This document shows positions 44,402 through 54,704 of a stretch of 64,000 bases of DNA, piece after piece (position 1 is the stretch's first letter; every line of letters starts with the position of its first letter). Below the pieces are notes generated by a model. It was not told where the DNA came from, ran no database searches, and was given only the letters and a program-made list of their open reading frames with translations. Source of the DNA: Myxococcota bacterium (GTDB lineage: Bacteria > Myxococcota_A > UBA796 > CAJQPC01); contig DASCPX010000027.1 of assembly GCA_036012755.1 (NCBI GenBank), positions 1-64,000 of the forward strand. Reading direction: 5' to 3'. Position numbers and translations under genes: made by a program.

Positions 44402-46626
44402 GGTTGATCTGGTTTCTCAGCTGCTATGGGGCCGAGGCCCCCGACAACCAGGACGCTCAGTCCACGGCCGAGGAACAGCCGATGATGGACATGCCCGCGC
44501 CGGTGATGGCTCCGGGCAGCGGAGGCGCTGCCTCCGAGGACTGGGGCGGGGCGGAGCTGCGGGAGAAGGCGGAGGAGGAAGTGCGACGGGAGGCGAAGGA
44601 GCCCAGCTCGTCGAAGAAGAGCGCTCCCTCTCCGGAGCCGCTCGACGGAGAAACCGACAGTGACGACCGCGAGGCAGCCGTCGAGACGCGCTCCTGGTTC
44701 CCGGAGACCTTCGTCTGGGCCCCCTCGGTGCTCACCGATGAGAGCGGGAGCGCCACCCTCGCCGTGACCGTGCCCGACACGCTCACGACCTGGCGGGTGC
44801 TCGGCCTGGCCGCCTCGCGACAGGGCGCACAGGCCGGCGACGTGCACACCTTCACCTCCACGCTGCCGGTCTACGTCGACCCCCGCGTCCCGGAGAACTT
44901 GCGCCGCGGGGATCGCGTCGAGGTGCCGGTGCGGGTCGTCAACACCACCGACGCAGAGGTCGTCTCCAAGCTGCACGTGCGCGGCTCGGGCCTGGAGGGC
45001 TCCGCCACCGGAGTCGTTCGAGTTCCGGCCGGCGGCAGCATCGTCGAGACCGTCTCCCTGCGGGCGACCCAGCCAGGCCCGGCCTCGCTGGAGGCGGGGC
45101 TCGAAGGGGCCGACGCCATCGTCAAGGCCGTGCGTGTCGAGCCGACCGGGAGACCGCTGAGCCGCTCCTTCAGCGGCGTGCTGGGTACCGAAGACTACGT
45201 AGAGGTCCTGATGCCCGGCGGTGCCGAGTACGCGGAGGCCTCTCTCACCCTGTTCCCCGGCCCGCTGGGAGTGCTCCGCCGCGAGCTGGACGGTGCCGGT
45301 GGTGGCAGGCTCTTCGACGAAGCCTACGCCTTCACCCTGGGCGCTCGTGGCGGGGAGCTCCTCGCAGGACTCGGCGCCCAGCCGGACGCGGACCGCCTCG
45401 ACGCGCTGAGGACGACACGCCTCAGGGCGCAGCAACGGCTGGTCATCGCCTCTTCCTTCCTCGGCCCGGTCGAGCGCGCGACGATCCTCCACGCGGCCGA
45501 CCACGGCGTCGACGACGCCATCGCCGAGAGGCTCAGCAGCCGGTCACGACAGCGTCTTCGCACCGAGCAGCTCGGGGACGGGAGCTGGACGACCCCCTCG
45601 GGTACGACGCTCCAGGAGTTCCTCGTCCGCACCGCGTGGATCTGCGAAGCCGTGGACGACCCCGGAACGACCGTGCGCTGTGGCGCGGTCTTCGAACGCA
45701 ACGCCCAGCACCTCCTCGACGACAAGACGGCGGACGCCTACACGGCCGCGATGGTCCTTCGCAGTGGCGCAGGCAGCGACGACCTCCGCGACCAGCTGAC
45801 GGCGCTCGTCAGCGCCTCCCTCACGGAGCGAGGCGACGGACTCCCCGGAGTCGAGCTCCCAGCGGGCGTCCTCCGCCCGGACGGCGACCTCGCGACCCAG
45901 ACCGACGCCCTGGCCGCCGCCGCTGTCGTGCTCGATGATGACGAGGCCCGGGTGCTGTCCGCCGCGGTCATCGCGGCCTACGCGCCCGGACGCGGCTTTG
46001 GTGACGGCCTGACGAGCCTGCTGGCCCTGGAGGCGCTCGAGAAGCTCGGAGAGGCCGAGGTCCCCGAGGAGCTGGAGGTCCGGCTGCTGATCGACGACGA
46101 GGTCGTCGAGCGTCACGTCCTGAAGAAGTCCGCGCTCGGCGAGACCGCTGTCCTCAGGGCCCCGGCCCCGCTCTCTGGCGAGCATCGCTACGCCATCGAG
46201 GCAGACGGTGTCTGGCCTGGTCTCGCCTGGCACCTCGACGTCGATCTCTTCGTCCCCTGGGACGGTGAGGCAGGACCCGAGGGGTTGGACATCGAGGTCG
46301 AGCATGGCGAGCTCGCCTTCGGCAAGAGCACCAACGTGGCCCTCATCGTGGCGGTCCCGAAGGGCGAGGCCGTCGTGCTTCGCCACGCGCCCCCGGTGGG
46401 CTTCGTCGTCGACGAAGAGAGCATCACCGGCGGCACCGTCATCTCCGTCGACGACGGCGGCGTCACGGTGCGCGTGGAGGCGGGCCACGACGGCTTCGTG
46501 ACCGTGGAGTACCAGGGCGTGCCGACGCTCAGGGGCGAGCTCTCCACCGGGCCGGCCACGGTCGCGCTCTCGAGCGATCCCGACCTCGTCAAGGCCGTGC
46601 CGCCAGAGGTGTGGAGCCTGAGGTGA
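44398..46626 (+). CDS. Alpha-2-macroglobulin C-terminal half, putative lipoprotein, no thioester motif
   Basis: TRSWFPETFVWAP...VPDTLTTWRV...LRRGDRVEVPVRVVN, EQLGDGSW. No CxEQ. ATGA overlap. Confidence 0.85.
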   Translation: MRLIWFLSCYGAEAPDNQDAQSTAEEQPMMDMPAPVMAPGSGGAASEDWGGAELREKAEEEVRREAKEPSSSKKSAPSPEPLDGETDSDDREAAVETRSWFPETFVWAPSVLTDESGSATLAVTVPDTLTTWRVLGLAASRQGAQAGDVHTFTSTLPVYVDPRVPENLRRGDRVEVPVRVVNTTDAEVVSKLHVRGSGLEGSATGVVRVPAGGSIVETVSLRATQPGPASLEAGLEGADAIVKAVRVEPTGRPLSRSFSGVLGTEDYVEVLMPGGAEYAEASLTLFPGPLGVLRRELDGAGGGRLFDEAYAFTLGARGGELLAGLGAQPDADRLDALRTTRLRAQQRLVIASSFLGPVERATILHAADHGVDDAIAERLSSRSRQRLRTEQLGDGSWTTPSGTTLQEFLVRTAWICEAVDDPGTTVRCGAVFERNAQHLLDDKTADAYTAAMVLRSGAGSDDLRDQLTALVSASLTERGDGLPGVELPAGVLRPDGDLATQTDALAAAAVVLDDDEARVLSAAVIAAYAPGRGFGDGLTSLLALEALEKLGEAEVPEELEVRLLIDDEVVERHVLKKSALGETAVLRAPAPLSGEHRYAIEADGVWPGLAWHLDVDLFVPWDGEAGPEGLDIEVEHGELAFGKSTNVALIVAVPKGEAVVLRHAPPVGFVVDEESITGGTVISVDDGGVTVRVEAGHDGFVTVEYQGVPTLRGELSTGPATVALSSDPDLVKAVPPEVWSLR

Positions 46627-46652
46627 GGCTCCCGGCCCTGTAGAGTCTCGGC

Positions 46653-47900
46653 GTGCTCACTCGCAGGCAGCTCTTCGCGGCGCTCACCGCCACTCCGGCG
46701 CTGTTGGCGCTGCGCTTTCCTGTCGCCTTCGCCACGAGCGACGGCGAGGGCTTCTGGCAGGAGCTGCGCCGTCACTTCCTGATCCCGCCAGACCAGGGCT
46801 TCTTCAACACCGGGACCCTCGGCGCCATGCCCGCCTCCGTGCTGGGGGCGCTCACGGACAGCCTCGTCGACGTCGAGGTCCACCTCGCCGACTGGGCCTA
46901 CCCCAGCGAAGGGCAGCGACCTCCCCTGGCCGGCTACGACCCCGAAGACGCGGTGCGCGCCAAGCTCGGCGAGCTCCTCGGCTGCGAGGGCAGTGACCTC
47001 GCGCTGACGCGAAACGCGACGATGGGGCACAACTTCGTGGCCCTGGGCCTGGAGCTCTCCGAGGGTGACGAGATCCTCATCACCGACCAGGAGCATCCCG
47101 GAGGGCGCTCCGGCTGGGATCTCCGGGCCAGCCGCGATGGCATCCTGGTCACAGAGGTGGGTGTCGACCCAAGGGGCTCCGCCGCCGACGTCCTCGCTGC
47201 CTTCGAAGCCGCGATGAGCGAGCGCACCCGAGTCCTGGCCGTTCCCCACGTGAGCTCCAAGCTGGGCCTGCGGCTGCCGGTGCGGAGGCTCTCGGCCCTG
47301 GCTCGCGAGCGAGGCATCTTCTCGGTGATCGACGGGGCACAGGCTCCCGGGCAGCTCGCCGTGGACCTCTCGGAGATCGGCTGCGACGCCTACTTCAGCT
47401 CTCCCCACAAGTGGCTCCTGGCGCCGAAGGGCAGCGGCCTCCTCTTCATCCGGCCCGAAGCCCAGGACCAGGTCTGGTCCACCATCGCCAGCGCCCAGTG
47501 GGACAACCACGACGACGGGCTCTTCCGCCTCCAGCAGATCGGCACCGGCAACCGCTCGATGATCCATGCCTACGAGGCCTGCATCGACTGGTGGCTCCAG
47601 CTGGGCTTGCAGCGGGGGGCCGACCGGGCCCAGCACATGGCGCGGCTCCTGCGTGCCGGCCTGGCCGACCTCGACGTCGAGCTCCAAAGCGCCGAGCACC
47701 CGGACCTGCAGTGCGCGATCACCACCATCGCGGTCCCGGACCGAGACCACCGGGAGTTGCAGGAGGCCCTCTGGAAGGAGGCGCGAGTGCGGGTGCGCGC
47801 GGTGGGCGATGCCCTGCGCATCAGCACGCACATCTACACGCTGCCTGGCGACATCGAGCGCCTGGTGACCACGCTCGCGGCCCTGTTGCGCGCCGGGTAG
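46653..47900 (+). CDS. Tat-exported aminotransferase class V (PLP-dependent; isopenicillin-N-epimerase/cysteine-desulfurase-like)
   Basis: MLTRRQLF Tat motif, FFNTGTLG, TDQEHPG, IDGAQAPG, SSPHKWLLAPKGSG, LRISTHIY. Confidence 0.88.
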   Translation: MLTRRQLFAALTATPALLALRFPVAFATSDGEGFWQELRRHFLIPPDQGFFNTGTLGAMPASVLGALTDSLVDVEVHLADWAYPSEGQRPPLAGYDPEDAVRAKLGELLGCEGSDLALTRNATMGHNFVALGLELSEGDEILITDQEHPGGRSGWDLRASRDGILVTEVGVDPRGSAADVLAAFEAAMSERTRVLAVPHVSSKLGLRLPVRRLSALARERGIFSVIDGAQAPGQLAVDLSEIGCDAYFSSPHKWLLAPKGSGLLFIRPEAQDQVWSTIASAQWDNHDDGLFRLQQIGTGNRSMIHAYEACIDWWLQLGLQRGADRAQHMARLLRAGLADLDVELQSAEHPDLQCAITTIAVPDRDHRELQEALWKEARVRVRAVGDALRISTHIYTLPGDIERLVTTLAALLRAG

Positions 47901-47909
47901 GGTGGCGCC

Positions 47910-48680
47910 GTGATCTACTACAGGCCGACCGGAGACGAGGTCTCGCTGTTCCAGACAGCGCACGAAAACCAGCTCCCGGTGCTCCTCAAGGGGCCGACGG
48001 GCTGCGGCAAGACCCGCTTCGTCCGGTTCATGGCCGAGCGCCTGGGGCGACCGCTGGTCACGGTCGCTTGCCAGGAGGACCTCGCCGCTGCCGACCTCAC
48101 GGGCCGCTTCATGCTGGAGGGGGGCTCCACCGTGTGGCGTGACGGGCCGCTCACCACCGCCCTGCGCCGAGGCGCGATCTGCTACCTCGACGAGGTCGTG
48201 GAGGCGCGCAGCGACGTGCTCACCGTGCTCCATCCGCTGACCGACGACCGGCGCATGCTCCCGCTCGAGAGGCTGGGCGAGCAGTTGGAGGCAGCCCCCG
48301 GCTTCCAGGTCGTGATCTCCTACAACCCCGGCTACCAGTCGGTGACCAAGGAGCTCAAGGAGAGCACCCGCCAGCGCTTCGTCTCGATCGCCTTCGACTA
48401 CCCGAGCGAAGACATCGAGATCGAGATCGTGCAGCAGGAGTCGGGCTGCGAACGCGACGTCGCCGAGGAGCTCGTGAAGCTGGGGACGGGCTCTCGCAAG
48501 CTCCGCGCCCACGGGCTCGCCGAGGGGGCCTCGACGCGCCTGTTGGTCTACGCCGGCAAGCTCGTCGTGGCCGGCGTGGGTCTCGAGGAGGCGGCTCGGG
48601 CCACCCTCGTCGGCTCTTTGACGGACGACGCGGAGATGACGCGCGCCTTGAACGAGCTGGTGCGCTCGGTGCTCGGCTGA
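47910..48680 (+). CDS. CbbQ/NirQ/NorQ-family AAA+ ATPase (copy 1)
   Basis: [51 protein letters not shown]. Confidence 0.93.
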   Translation: MIYYRPTGDEVSLFQTAHENQLPVLLKGPTGCGKTRFVRFMAERLGRPLVTVACQEDLAAADLTGRFMLEGGSTVWRDGPLTTALRRGAICYLDEVVEARSDVLTVLHPLTDDRRMLPLERLGEQLEAAPGFQVVISYNPGYQSVTKELKESTRQRFVSIAFDYPSEDIEIEIVQQESGCERDVAEELVKLGTGSRKLRAHGLAEGASTRLLVYAGKLVVAGVGLEEAARATLVGSLTDDAEMTRALNELVRSVLG

Positions 48681-48681
48681 A

Positions 48682-50598
48682 ATGGGCGGCCCCACCTGGG
48701 AGCCCGATCACGAAGCCACCGACGAGGAGGTCGAGCGAGCGCTGCTGGCGCCCTTCCTCTTCGGCGACCCGGTGCTGCTGGCCAAGGACGGGAGCGTAGC
48801 GGGGACGCCTGTCGGCCATCTCCAGCGGCGCGTCCTGGCGTGGCTGACGATGGTGACGGGCCAGCACCTGAGGCTCGGACACGCGGACCCTGCCTCCACC
48901 GACGGCGTCCACCTGCTGCTCCCCCGCCACGCGCCGGCCCCCGCGGAACCGGCGCAGGACGAGGTGCTCTTCAGGGTGATGGCGCTGCTGCAGGCCGGCC
49001 TGCTGGCGCTTGGCTTCCTCGACCAGCGGGCCCTGCTGGTCGAGCTCCACCGCGACTGGGTCCTTCGATCGACCTGGCACCTGTTGGCCGCTCGGGCGGT
49101 CGCGCGCCACTTCGGCGAGGCCTACCCTGGCATCGCCCGTGACCTCGCCGCTGTCAGCGCGATGGAGAAGGCGACGCGCATGCGCGTGAACCTCACGGAG
49201 GTACCGCGGGAGGGCCTGCCGGAGGCCTTCGTCCCGCTGTACTCGCAGCTGAGCACGAGCTTCGCGCTCCGGACCGGCGGCGCCCCGGCCAAGGAGGCGG
49301 TCGAGGCCGTCGACGGGGCACCGCCCGACGGTCTGCGCCTCGTCGTGCTCGGCCAGGCGCGCAAGCTGAGGGAGCACTTCAGGAGCCAGCGGCTGGGTCC
49401 ACCTCCCCTGCCCTGGTACCTCGGCATCGTGCGCCCCGAGTGGATCCTCGCGGACCTGGAGCCCGACGAGAGCGAGGAGTGGCAAAAGGGCAACAAGCCC
49501 CTTCGGCAGCTGCTCGCTGCCATGGCGCGAGCGGGCAAGGTCGACGTCCCGGAGGTCGAGCAGTCGAAGCGCCGGGGGCTCAGGGCCCGCCTCAAGGCCC
49601 GCTTCGGTGCCGGCGAGGACCAGGACCTCGCCAAGACCCCGGCCTACGGAGTCCTCCGGGACGAGGCCCAGCAGGCATCACGCTCCAGTCGAGAGGAGCC
49701 CATACATGTTCCGGAGATCGTTAGACAAGACGTCCGGGAGTACGACGAGTGGGACCAGACTTCCCAGAGCTGGAAGCTGGCGGAGACGAGGGTCTCGAGC
49801 CCGGTGGCGCCAGCCGGATCGCTGTCCGCCTACGAGCAGGTGTTGGAGGCCAACGCCGCCCAGGTCCGACGGATCCGGCGTCGCTTCGAGGCCCTCCGCC
49901 ATGTCGAGCGCTGGCACACGGGCTTGCCGGACGGACCAGAGATCGACCTCGACCGGCTGATCATCGCCCACTGTGATCTGCTGGCTGGAACCCAACCCAA
50001 GCAGGACTTCCACAAGCGCTGGGTGCGGCGCCGCCAGCCGATCTGCGTGCTCACGCTGGTCGACCTGAGCGGCTCGACCCAGGGCCGCGTCCTGCATGCC
50101 CAGCAAGAGGCGGTCGTGCTCTTCGCAGAGGGCCTCCACGTGCTCGGAGTGCCCCACGCCTTCCACGGCTTCAACGGGCAGCACGCACAGGACATCTCGC
50201 TCTGGCGCCTCAAGGGCTTCGACGAGACCCTCGACGCTCCAGCCAGGAAGCGCCTGGGCAACCTCCGCGCGGCTGGCTCCACGCGCCTCGGGGCGGTCAT
50301 CCGGCACGCGACGTGGATGCTCGACCAGCGCCCGGAGCCACGTCGCGTGTTGCTCCTGCTGTCTGACGGAAAGCCCGAAGACCGTTCGGGATATCGCGGT
50401 GACTACGGAGTCCAGGACAGCGCGGTCGCCGTCCAGCAGGCCTCCAGCGCTGGCCTGTTGCTGCGCTGCATCAGCCTCGACACCCGCGACGGGAGCTACC
50501 TGCCCACGATCTTCGGGGCCAAGGGCTACCTGCAGCTCCAGAGCGTGGAAGAGCTCCCGCAGAGACTGCCGGAGCTCTTCAGGAACACGCTGAGCTGA
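48682..50598 (+). CDS. NorD/CbbO-like VWA-domain protein (copy 1)
   Basis: YDEWD, DGPEIDLD, MIDAS DLSGS, TRLGAVIRHA, LLSDGKP. Confidence 0.88.
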   Translation: MGGPTWEPDHEATDEEVERALLAPFLFGDPVLLAKDGSVAGTPVGHLQRRVLAWLTMVTGQHLRLGHADPASTDGVHLLLPRHAPAPAEPAQDEVLFRVMALLQAGLLALGFLDQRALLVELHRDWVLRSTWHLLAARAVARHFGEAYPGIARDLAAVSAMEKATRMRVNLTEVPREGLPEAFVPLYSQLSTSFALRTGGAPAKEAVEAVDGAPPDGLRLVVLGQARKLREHFRSQRLGPPPLPWYLGIVRPEWILADLEPDESEEWQKGNKPLRQLLAAMARAGKVDVPEVEQSKRRGLRARLKARFGAGEDQDLAKTPAYGVLRDEAQQASRSSREEPIHVPEIVRQDVREYDEWDQTSQSWKLAETRVSSPVAPAGSLSAYEQVLEANAAQVRRIRRRFEALRHVERWHTGLPDGPEIDLDRLIIAHCDLLAGTQPKQDFHKRWVRRRQPICVLTLVDLSGSTQGRVLHAQQEAVVLFAEGLHVLGVPHAFHGFNGQHAQDISLWRLKGFDETLDAPARKRLGNLRAAGSTRLGAVIRHATWMLDQRPEPRRVLLLLSDGKPEDRSGYRGDYGVQDSAVAVQQASSAGLLLRCISLDTRDGSYLPTIFGAKGYLQLQSVEELPQRLPELFRNTLS

Positions 50599-50601
50599 AG
50601 A

Positions 50602-51966
50602 TCAGCTCGGCGCGAAGAGGAAGGGGTAGCTCACGATGACGATGCCGCCGCCCCTGGGCTCGGGGAAGGTGAGCTTCATCATGGTGGAGTTCAGGCAGCT
50701 CTCGACTGCCCGGTTTCCGACCGACGAGGACTTCGTCTGGGCCGCGCTGACCTCGCCCTCGCGGGTGATGGTGAACTTCACGGAGACCTTGCCGCCGATG
50801 GTCGGGTCCTTCGTGAGCTCGCGCTGGTAGCAGTAGCGGAAGCGGTTCAGGTTGCGCTTGATGACCTTGTCGACCTGCGCCTTGTCCAGGCCACCCACGA
50901 TGAGGCCGCCCTCGATGCCCTTGATGGTGCCCTCCGTGCGCTCGCCGAGCGCGCCCTCGCCGAAGTCACGGGCGTCCTGCCCGATGCCTTCGAGGCCGAG
51001 CCCGCCTCCGGAGTAGGCCTTGCCGCCGCCGCCGAGGCCGGAGCCACGGGAGCTGAAGCCGCCGGAGCCCATCATGACCCCCTTGGCTCCGATCAGGCCG
51101 CCGACGCCGTCCATGATGCCAGCGCTCAGCCCCGTGGAGTCCAGACCGGCGGTCGCCCCGATCTCGGACCAGGCCCCCATGAGCCCGGCATCCCGTGCGA
51201 TCTCGCGATCCTGCGTCGAACCTCCGCCGCGGGCCCGCAGCATCTTGCCCCGCTCGTCTCCGCGCTTGCCTGCCTTGCGGATGTGCCGCTCACCCTCGCG
51301 AGTCACTTCCTTGGCCTTGGTGACAGCGGCGGGCTTCGGGACCTCTGGAGCCTGGATCAGCACCTGGGTGAAGCGATCGGGGACCTCGTTGAGATCACTC
51401 GACATCGCTACGGGGCTGGTCAGCGCGACGACCGCAAGCATGGCCGCCGCGAAGAGCGAGAAGGTGACCGTGCCGACGAGCGGCAGGTCGAGATCGGCCT
51501 TGCCCTTGGGGATCTTGGAGCCGGGCGCGGTCAGCCGGGCGACGTAGGTGATCGGACCGACCCGGATCGCGACCTGCTCCTCGCAGGCGAGGGTGACGCG
51601 GCGAATGCCGGTGATGCCCTCGTCGCCGGAGTCCGAGAGGTGCTCGCTGCTCGGCCAGGCCTTCTCGAGGTTCGCGACGAGCCGTCCATCCTCGACGGAG
51701 AAGAGCTCGAAGGGCTCGCTGTCGGGGAGCAGCTCCTCGGGCATGGGGAACTCGGCGGTGCCGAGCATCACGGTGCCCGAGGAGCCGTCGAGGTGCCGCA
51801 CGTCGAGCAGGGTGTCTCCCCAGGCTGTCGCCACCTCCAGGACCAACGGGGCCTGGGTGTCGAGGCCGAGGTCGCCTCGGCCGGCGCCGCTGGTCGTGAT
51901 GACGGCCATCGGGTCCTGAGTACTGAGCAGGTTCGGGCGCAGCTCGCCCTTGAGACGGATCTCCAT
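50602..51966 (-). CDS. AgmX/PglI C-terminal (TonB-C-like) domain protein, GltG-like architecture
   Basis: LEVATAWGDTLLDVRH N-terminus, TM, Gly-rich linker, GLDKAQVDKVIKRNLNRFRYCYQREL...GKVSVKFTI...VESC...FPEPRGGGIVIVSYPFLF. Confidence 0.88.
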   Translation of the reverse strand: MEIRLKGELRPNLLSTQDPMAVITTSGAGRGDLGLDTQAPLVLEVATAWGDTLLDVRHLDGSSGTVMLGTAEFPMPEELLPDSEPFELFSVEDGRLVANLEKAWPSSEHLSDSGDEGITGIRRVTLACEEQVAIRVGPITYVARLTAPGSKIPKGKADLDLPLVGTVTFSLFAAAMLAVVALTSPVAMSSDLNEVPDRFTQVLIQAPEVPKPAAVTKAKEVTREGERHIRKAGKRGDERGKMLRARGGGSTQDREIARDAGLMGAWSEIGATAGLDSTGLSAGIMDGVGGLIGAKGVMMGSGGFSSRGSGLGGGGKAYSGGGLGLEGIGQDARDFGEGALGERTEGTIKGIEGGLIVGGLDKAQVDKVIKRNLNRFRYCYQRELTKDPTIGGKVSVKFTITREGEVSAAQTKSSSVGNRAVESCLNSTMMKLTFPEPRGGGIVIVSYPFLFAPS

Positions 51967-52046
51967 GAGTTCCTCCGGGAATCTAGGGTCTTGTGGACGC
52001 CCCTCGCGTCACGTCAACTGGGACCGCAGGCGGCCCTGGAGGTTCG

Positions 52047-54704
52047 TCAAGGCTCCGTGAACATCACCTCGCGCGGTCGTCCGCGGAGGTTGTAGTCGCT
52101 CGACATCGTGAAGCCGTAGGCCCCGGCGTTGCACACCAGCAGCACGTCGGACTCGTGGGTCTCCGGCAGCCGACGGCCCCGGCCGAGGATGTCCCCCGTC
52201 TCGCAGATCGGGCCCACGATGTCGGCGACGATCGCTCCCGGCTCGCCAAGCCGCGTGAGGTTCAGCACCTCGTGGCGGGCTCCATACAGCGCAGGTCGGA
52301 TGAGGCTGTGCATGCCGGCGTCAACGCCGACGTAGCGGCGGTCGCCCTTGGACTTCACCTGGCTCACCCGCGCGAGCAGCACCCCGGCGAGCGAGACCAG
52401 GTAGCGACCCGGCTCGAGCCAGAGCTCATAGGGACTTCCTCGACGGATCTCCGCGAGCGAGGCGTCGACCTCGGCCATGTCCAAGGGGCCTTGACCCGGT
52501 CCCGACTGGACGGGCAGACCACCGCCGAGATCCAGCGCCTGGACCTCTGGGAGCTCTCCGGCGACCTCGACGAGGAACTCGGCGATGTCTCGCCAGCGGG
52601 TCACGGCCTTCATCCCGCTGCCAGCGTGGGCGTGGAGCCCGACGACCCGCACGTCGTGGCGTCGGGAGAGCTCGATGAGGTGCTCGATCTCCTCTGGCGG
52701 GACCCCGAACTTCGAACGATCACCGGCTGTCACGACGTAGCGGTGGTGGCCTCCGCCACGGCCTGGATCGAGCCGGACGAGGATCTCGCGTCCCCGAAAC
52801 AGCGCCGGCCACCGCTGGAGGGGGTAGGTCGAGTCCAGGGTGACGCGACAGCCGGCCTCGAAGCCTGCCTGGTAGTCCCCGGGAGGCGCGAAGTTGGGGG
52901 TGAACAGGATGTCGGCCGAGGGGCAGATCTCCCTGACGCGCCGGATCTCGCCGGGGCTCACGCACTCCATGCCCAGCCCGCGGTCGTGGAGGCGGCGAAC
53001 CACCTCTGCGTTGGTGTTGGCCTTCACGGCGTAGAAGATCCGGTCGACGCTCTCCAGCCCCAGGAGCTCGTCGGCGGCCCGGTCCAACTCCGAGGCGGAG
53101 TAGACGTACACCGGCGTCCCCCTGTCGGCCTCTGCGAGGAGCTCGGCGCGACGCGCGGTCCACCATCCCGAGAAGATGGCCGGCGCAGCGCGAGGCTGGA
53201 AGACCTCTTCCCAGGAGGGGCCGAAGACCGGGTCAGAGGTGTCGGAGAAGAGCTGGGCGTGCAGGTCGCGCATCAGGGGGTCGGCGTCGGCCTCGTCGAC
53301 CACGAAGCTCAGGTTCAGGTCGCTGGCCGCCTGGCTCATGAGGTGGATCTCACGGTCGGCGAAGCGCTCGAAGGCGCCGCCGAGGCGGTGGAGGGTCGCC
53401 CGGATCCTCCGACCAACCACGGAGACGCTGGCCGCGGGGGCGATGAGCTTCGGGCGGCACACGGCCGCGAGATCCTCGAGCAGGCCGTCCAGGGTGGGCT
53501 TGGCCAGCGTGTTCGCGGCCGGGTCGAGGGAGACCGTGACGTTGGTCTCGCTGGTGGCGACGAGATCGATGGACAGCCCGTGCCTCGCGAAGATGGCGAA
53601 GGCCTCTGCCAGGAAGCCCACTTGCTGCCACATGCCGACGGTGTCCATCGACACCAGCGCGATGCCCTTCCGTGTCGACAGCGCCTTGACCTGCGCCCTC
53701 CCGCTCGAGGCCCGCGCGGTGACGACCGTGCCCTCCATCTCCGGCGCCTTCGTGCAGCAGATGTGAAGCGGGATGCCCTGCTCCTTCACCGGTCGCAGGC
53801 AGCGGGGATGGAGCACCTTGGCGCCCATGGTCGCGAGCTCCCGGGCTTCGTCGTAGTCCAGACGACGCAACAGCCGAGCGGAGGGGATCCGGTGTGGATC
53901 GGCCGTGAACATGCCCGGCACGTCGGTCCAGATCTCCAGGCGCCGGGCCTGAAGGCGAGCGGCCAGGTAGGCCGCCGAGGTGTCCGATCCACCACGGCCC
54001 AGCAGCACGGTGTGGCCCTCTGAGTCGGCGGCGATGAAGCCCTGCGTGAGCACGACCTCGCCGTCGAGGGCGTCGAAGGAGTCCATCAGCTGCGGATCCG
54101 GCTCGTAGCTGCACCGAGCGCTCCCGAAGCGGCGCTCCAGCTCGGACTCCGGCAGTGACGACAGCAGCTCGCGCGCGTCCTGCCAGGATGTCGCCACTTC
54201 CGCTCTGGAGAGCCAGGCCGCCCCGAGGCGCGTCGACATCAGCTCCCCCGCCGAGAGGATGCGAGCGCGCAGGCGCGGGCTCACCTCGCCGATGTCACGG
54301 CCACCGCGGGCAAGGCGGGACAGATCCTCGAACAGCTCGCCTAGGTGCTCCTCGTCGTCCAGACCCATCGCCTCGGCCTGCTCGACATGCAGCGCGCGAA
54401 TCGCTCCCAGCTCGGCGTCGATGTCGCCACCGGCGGCGGCCACCTCCGCCAGTCCTCTCAGGCGGTCGCTGGCCCCTGACAGGGCCGAGCAGACGACCAC
54501 GGGCCGAAGCCCCTCGTCCAGGCGCGTGCGCAGGATGCGGCGGATGGTCTCCCAGCTCTGGAGGCCGGTGACGCTGGTGCCGCCGAACTTGAGCACGACC
54601 CAGGAGTCCGCTCCAGGCCAGCGGGGATCGGGGTCGGCGTCGGCTGCTCGGTCCCAGCCCTGGTCGTCCTCGTCCCAGGAGGGATCCCGGGACCTGGGTA
54701 TCAC
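52047..54704 (-). CDS. lysAC: Bifunctional aspartate kinase / diaminopimelate decarboxylase
   Basis: VLKFGGTSV, LGRGGSDTSA and ACT domains, then FYAVKAN, HAHAGSG, EPGRYLV, GPICETGD. GTGA overlap. Confidence 0.92.
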   Translation of the reverse strand: MIPRSRDPSWDEDDQGWDRAADADPDPRWPGADSWVVLKFGGTSVTGLQSWETIRRILRTRLDEGLRPVVVCSALSGASDRLRGLAEVAAAGGDIDAELGAIRALHVEQAEAMGLDDEEHLGELFEDLSRLARGGRDIGEVSPRLRARILSAGELMSTRLGAAWLSRAEVATSWQDARELLSSLPESELERRFGSARCSYEPDPQLMDSFDALDGEVVLTQGFIAADSEGHTVLLGRGGSDTSAAYLAARLQARRLEIWTDVPGMFTADPHRIPSARLLRRLDYDEARELATMGAKVLHPRCLRPVKEQGIPLHICCTKAPEMEGTVVTARASSGRAQVKALSTRKGIALVSMDTVGMWQQVGFLAEAFAIFARHGLSIDLVATSETNVTVSLDPAANTLAKPTLDGLLEDLAAVCRPKLIAPAASVSVVGRRIRATLHRLGGAFERFADREIHLMSQAASDLNLSFVVDEADADPLMRDLHAQLFSDTSDPVFGPSWEEVFQPRAAPAIFSGWWTARRAELLAEADRGTPVYVYSASELDRAADELLGLESVDRIFYAVKANTNAEVVRRLHDRGLGMECVSPGEIRRVREICPSADILFTPNFAPPGDYQAGFEAGCRVTLDSTYPLQRWPALFRGREILVRLDPGRGGGHHRYVVTAGDRSKFGVPPEEIEHLIELSRRHDVRVVGLHAHAGSGMKAVTRWRDIAEFLVEVAGELPEVQALDLGGGLPVQSGPGQGPLDMAEVDASLAEIRRGSPYELWLEPGRYLVSLAGVLLARVSQVKSKGDRRYVGVDAGMHSLIRPALYGARHEVLNLTRLGEPGAIVADIVGPICETGDILGRGRRLPETHESDVLLVCNAGAYGFTMSSDYNLRGRPREVMFTEP

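Noticed and set aside
41252..48695. Long antisense ORFs 41252..44206, 44047..45504 and 46188..48695
   Set aside because: Shadows of the A2M, aminotransferase and CbbQ genes.
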